A stretch of 64,000 bases of DNA. Origin: Phototrophicaceae bacterium (GTDB lineage Bacteria; Chloroflexota; Anaerolineae; Aggregatilineales; Phototrophicaceae). Below are positions 61,652 to 64,000 of this stretch, one piece after another. The stretch spans positions 1,842,153 to 1,906,152 of the forward strand of contig OZ240208.1 of the NCBI GenBank assembly GCA_965197455.1, read 5' to 3'. Both the position numbers and the translations under genes were made by a program. The notes below the pieces were generated by a model. It was not told the origin of the DNA. It worked only from the letters and a program-made list of their open reading frames with translations, and did not search any database. Every line of letters begins with the position of its first letter. Within the stretch, counting starts at the first letter, position 1.

Positions 61652-62435
61652 GCCGTCCCCCTGTCCTGCGGCCGGCCCCCTGCTCCTGCCCTTCCCAGCC
61701 ACGCGCCTGCCAGGCACTGTACAGCGCGATAGAGCCGACCGTGGCCACGTTCAGGCTCGCGACCTGGCCGCGCATCGGCAATGATAACAGCATATCACAG
61801 TTGTCGCGCACCAGCCGGCGCATGCCCTCGCCCTCGCTGCCCAGCACCAGCCCCAGCGCCATGTTCAGGTCCGTGTGACCCAGGGGCGGGATGTCCACCC
61901 CGATCTCCAGACCCACCAGCCACACATCCTGCGCCTTCAGCGCCTTCATCACGTTCACCAGGTTGGACACGCGGACGATGTTCAGATGCTCAATGGCGCC
62001 GGCCGAGGCGTTGACCACGGCGGGCGTGATGGTCACCGCGTTGCGCTGCGGCAAAAAGACGCCGTGTACGCCCACCGCGTCCGCCACGCGCAGCAGGCTG
62101 CCGACGTTTTGCGGGTCCTTGAGCAGGTCCAGCAGCAGGAAGAAGGGCCGCTCGCCGCGCTCCTGCGCCAGGGCGAAGGCGTCTTCGGTATCAGCGTAGG
62201 GGAAACTGCTGACGCGCATAATGACGTTCTGGTGATTGCCGCCAAACGCCAGGTCGTCCATGATGCGGCGTGGCACGCGGCGCAGGGGCAGGTTGCGTTC
62301 CTTCGCCAGCGCGATGATTTCACCGCTGCGGCCGCGCTCGTCGGCAGCATCGGTCAGCAACAGCTGCTCGCAGTGCCGCCGGTTGGCGCGCAGGGCTTCC
62401 ATCACAGCCCAGTGACCATAGAGAAAGTCGCTCAT
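61644..62435 (-). CDS. rlmB: 23S rRNA (guanosine-2'-O)-methyltransferase RlmB (TrmH/SpoU family)
   Basis: 263 aa. SpoU motifs LLDLLKDPQNVGSLLRVADAVG, LVLGSEGEGMR and LNVATVGSIALY. Confidence 0.85.
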   Translation of the reverse strand: MSDFLYGHWAVMEALRANRRHCEQLLLTDAADERGRSGEIIALAKERNLPLRRVPRRIMDDLAFGGNHQNVIMRVSSFPYADTEDAFALAQERGERPFFLLLDLLKDPQNVGSLLRVADAVGVHGVFLPQRNAVTITPAVVNASAGAIEHLNIVRVSNLVNVMKALKAQDVWLVGLEIGVDIPPLGHTDLNMALGLVLGSEGEGMRRLVRDNCDMLLSLPMRGQVASLNVATVGSIALYSAWQARGWEGQEQGAGRRTGGRHD

Positions 62436-63898
62436 CCGCTCTCCAGACGCCAGACGGTGCCGTTGGGACCGTCCTCGAGCAGCACACCCAGGCCCGCCAA
62501 CTCGTCGCGGATGCGATCGCTGGCGGCGTAATCGCGATTGGCGCGGGCCTCGGCGCGCAGGGCCAGCAGCAGCTCGATCAGGCCACCCTCGCGCCGGCCA
62601 TCGCCGCTGCCCTCCTGCTCCGCGGACGGAATGACGCCCAGCACCGAACCACCCAGGTCGCTGTAAACCTCGTTGATGGCCGCCAGCGCCGCCAGGCCAG
62701 GCTGCGTCGCCGAGTTGAGCAGGCTGTTGACCTCGCGCGTCAGCTCATGCAGCACGGCCAAAGCCCGCGGCGCGTTGAAGTCATCGTCCATCGCAGCGGC
62801 AAATTCATGGCGGGCGCGCTCCAGGCGTGGCAGGAAGCCGTTGCCCTCGGCGCTTTCCACCGCCGTGTTCATGCGCTGCCGCGTCTGCCGCGCTGCGCTG
62901 TGCAGCCGCTCCTGGCCCGCAGTCGCCGCCGCCAGCGCCTCCTCGCTCCAGGTGACCGGGTTACTGTAGTGTGCGCTGAGGGTGAAGGCGCGCATGGCCT
63001 CCGCGCGGGCACGCGTCAGCATCTCGCGGATCGTGATGAAATTGCCCAGGCTCTTGGACATCTTGACGGCGATGCCCTCTTCGTCGAGTACCATCAGGCT
63101 GCCCACCAGCAACCAGTAATTCGCGAAGGCAGCATCGTTGGCGCATTCACTCTGCGCAATCTCGTTCTCGTTGTGCGGATAGATGTTGTCGATGCCGCCG
63201 CCATGGATGTCGAAGGTCGGGCCCAGGTACTTGCGCGCCATTGCCGAGCACTCAATGTGCCAGCCGGGAAAGCCGACGCCCCAGGGACTCTGCCAGCGCA
63301 GGATATGCTCCGACATGGCCTGCTTCCACAGCGCGAAATCCGCCGGATTGCGTTTTTCGCCGCGCACGGCCTCGCGGCTGCCGGCCTCCTGTTCATCCAG
63401 CACGCGGTTGGAAAGCTTGCCGTAGCCAGCGTGAGTGCTGACGTCGAAGTAGACGTTGCCCTCTACAGCGTAGGCGTGGCCGTTGCCGATGAGCTCCTCG
63501 ATCATGGCGATCTGTTCGGGGATGTGGCCGCTGGCCCGCGGCGAAATGTCCGGCCGCATCACGCCCAGCGCGTCCATATCCGCGAAGTAGCTGCGCGTGT
63601 AGGTCTCGACAACCTGCATGGGGCCGGCCTGCAGCTGACGCGCCTTGCGCAGGATGCGGTCCTCGCCGCTGTCCAGCAGATGGCCGACGTCGGTCAGGTT
63701 CTGGACGTAGAGCACATCGTTGCCGCTGTGGCGCAGCCAGCGAATCATCACGTCGAAGGAAACGTAGGTGCGGGCGTGGCCGATGTGCGCGTCGTCGTAG
63801 ACGGTGGGGCCACAGACGTACATGTTGACCTGGCCCGGGGTCAGCGCTTCAAAGGGCTGTTTGCTGCGGCCGAGCACATTGAACAGCTGCAGTGCCAT
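62432..63898 (-). CDS. cysS: Cysteine--tRNA ligase
   Basis: ATG 63898 (MALQLFN). Motifs [18 protein letters not shown] (HIGH), [12 protein letters not shown] and KMSKSLGN (KMSKS). Confidence 0.95.
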   Translation of the reverse strand: MALQLFNVLGRSKQPFEALTPGQVNMYVCGPTVYDDAHIGHARTYVSFDVMIRWLRHSGNDVLYVQNLTDVGHLLDSGEDRILRKARQLQAGPMQVVETYTRSYFADMDALGVMRPDISPRASGHIPEQIAMIEELIGNGHAYAVEGNVYFDVSTHAGYGKLSNRVLDEQEAGSREAVRGEKRNPADFALWKQAMSEHILRWQSPWGVGFPGWHIECSAMARKYLGPTFDIHGGGIDNIYPHNENEIAQSECANDAAFANYWLLVGSLMVLDEEGIAVKMSKSLGNFITIREMLTRARAEAMRAFTLSAHYSNPVTWSEEALAAATAGQERLHSAARQTRQRMNTAVESAEGNGFLPRLERARHEFAAAMDDDFNAPRALAVLHELTREVNSLLNSATQPGLAALAAINEVYSDLGGSVLGVIPSAEQEGSGDGRREGGLIELLLALRAEARANRDYAASDRIRDELAGLGVLLEDGPNGTVWRLESG

Positions 63899-64000
63899 GG
63901 AGCGCGCTCTCCTCACCTCGTCAACCAGGGGCCATTCTAGCGCAGACCGGGCGCGGCTGTCAGCGCCCGCTTCAGGCCACAGGTCGGCAGGCTGCATCCG

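Overview
High-GC bacterial chromosomal segment, roughly two-thirds G+C by eye, tightly packed with about 60 protein genes. I found no rRNA, tRNA or CRISPR array. Taxonomy cannot be assigned from sequence alone, but the protein repertoire looks like a Chloroflexota-type high-GC organism (inference). Housekeeping genes include clpC, an S1-like ribosomal protein, glnA, gatB, and the block cysS-rlmB-frr-uppS. Transport loci include an Opp/Dpp-type ABC system co-oriented with a sulfatase and a GH32-like gene, a CUT1-type sugar ABC system, a LivJ-like binding protein and a lactate permease. Several small accessory insertions stand out: three low-GC islets, a vapBC cassette flanked by an imperfect 57-nt direct repeat, and two paralogous Uma2 endonuclease genes whose 264-bp 3' ends bracket about 12 kb. 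The best candidate for an undescribed system is a translationally coupled five-gene operon, plus a sixth small co-oriented ORF 64 nt downstream, on the minus strand at 38219..42983. It encodes three polytopic membrane proteins, a doubly anchored 718-aa protein with two FN3 domains and an SH3b-like domain, and two small proteins. None has a recognisable enzymatic motif. Other notable points are listed below.
- A class A PBP-like protein in which all three transpeptidase motifs are substituted.
- A 70-nt structured element present twice around a VOC gene.
- A DUF2335-like gene interrupted at a T8 run.
- A long acidic tandem repeat at the N-terminus of the S1-like protein.
Many long ORFs in the supplied track are antisense shadows typical of high-GC DNA and were not annotated. 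All homology statements come from motif recognition by eye, not database searches.
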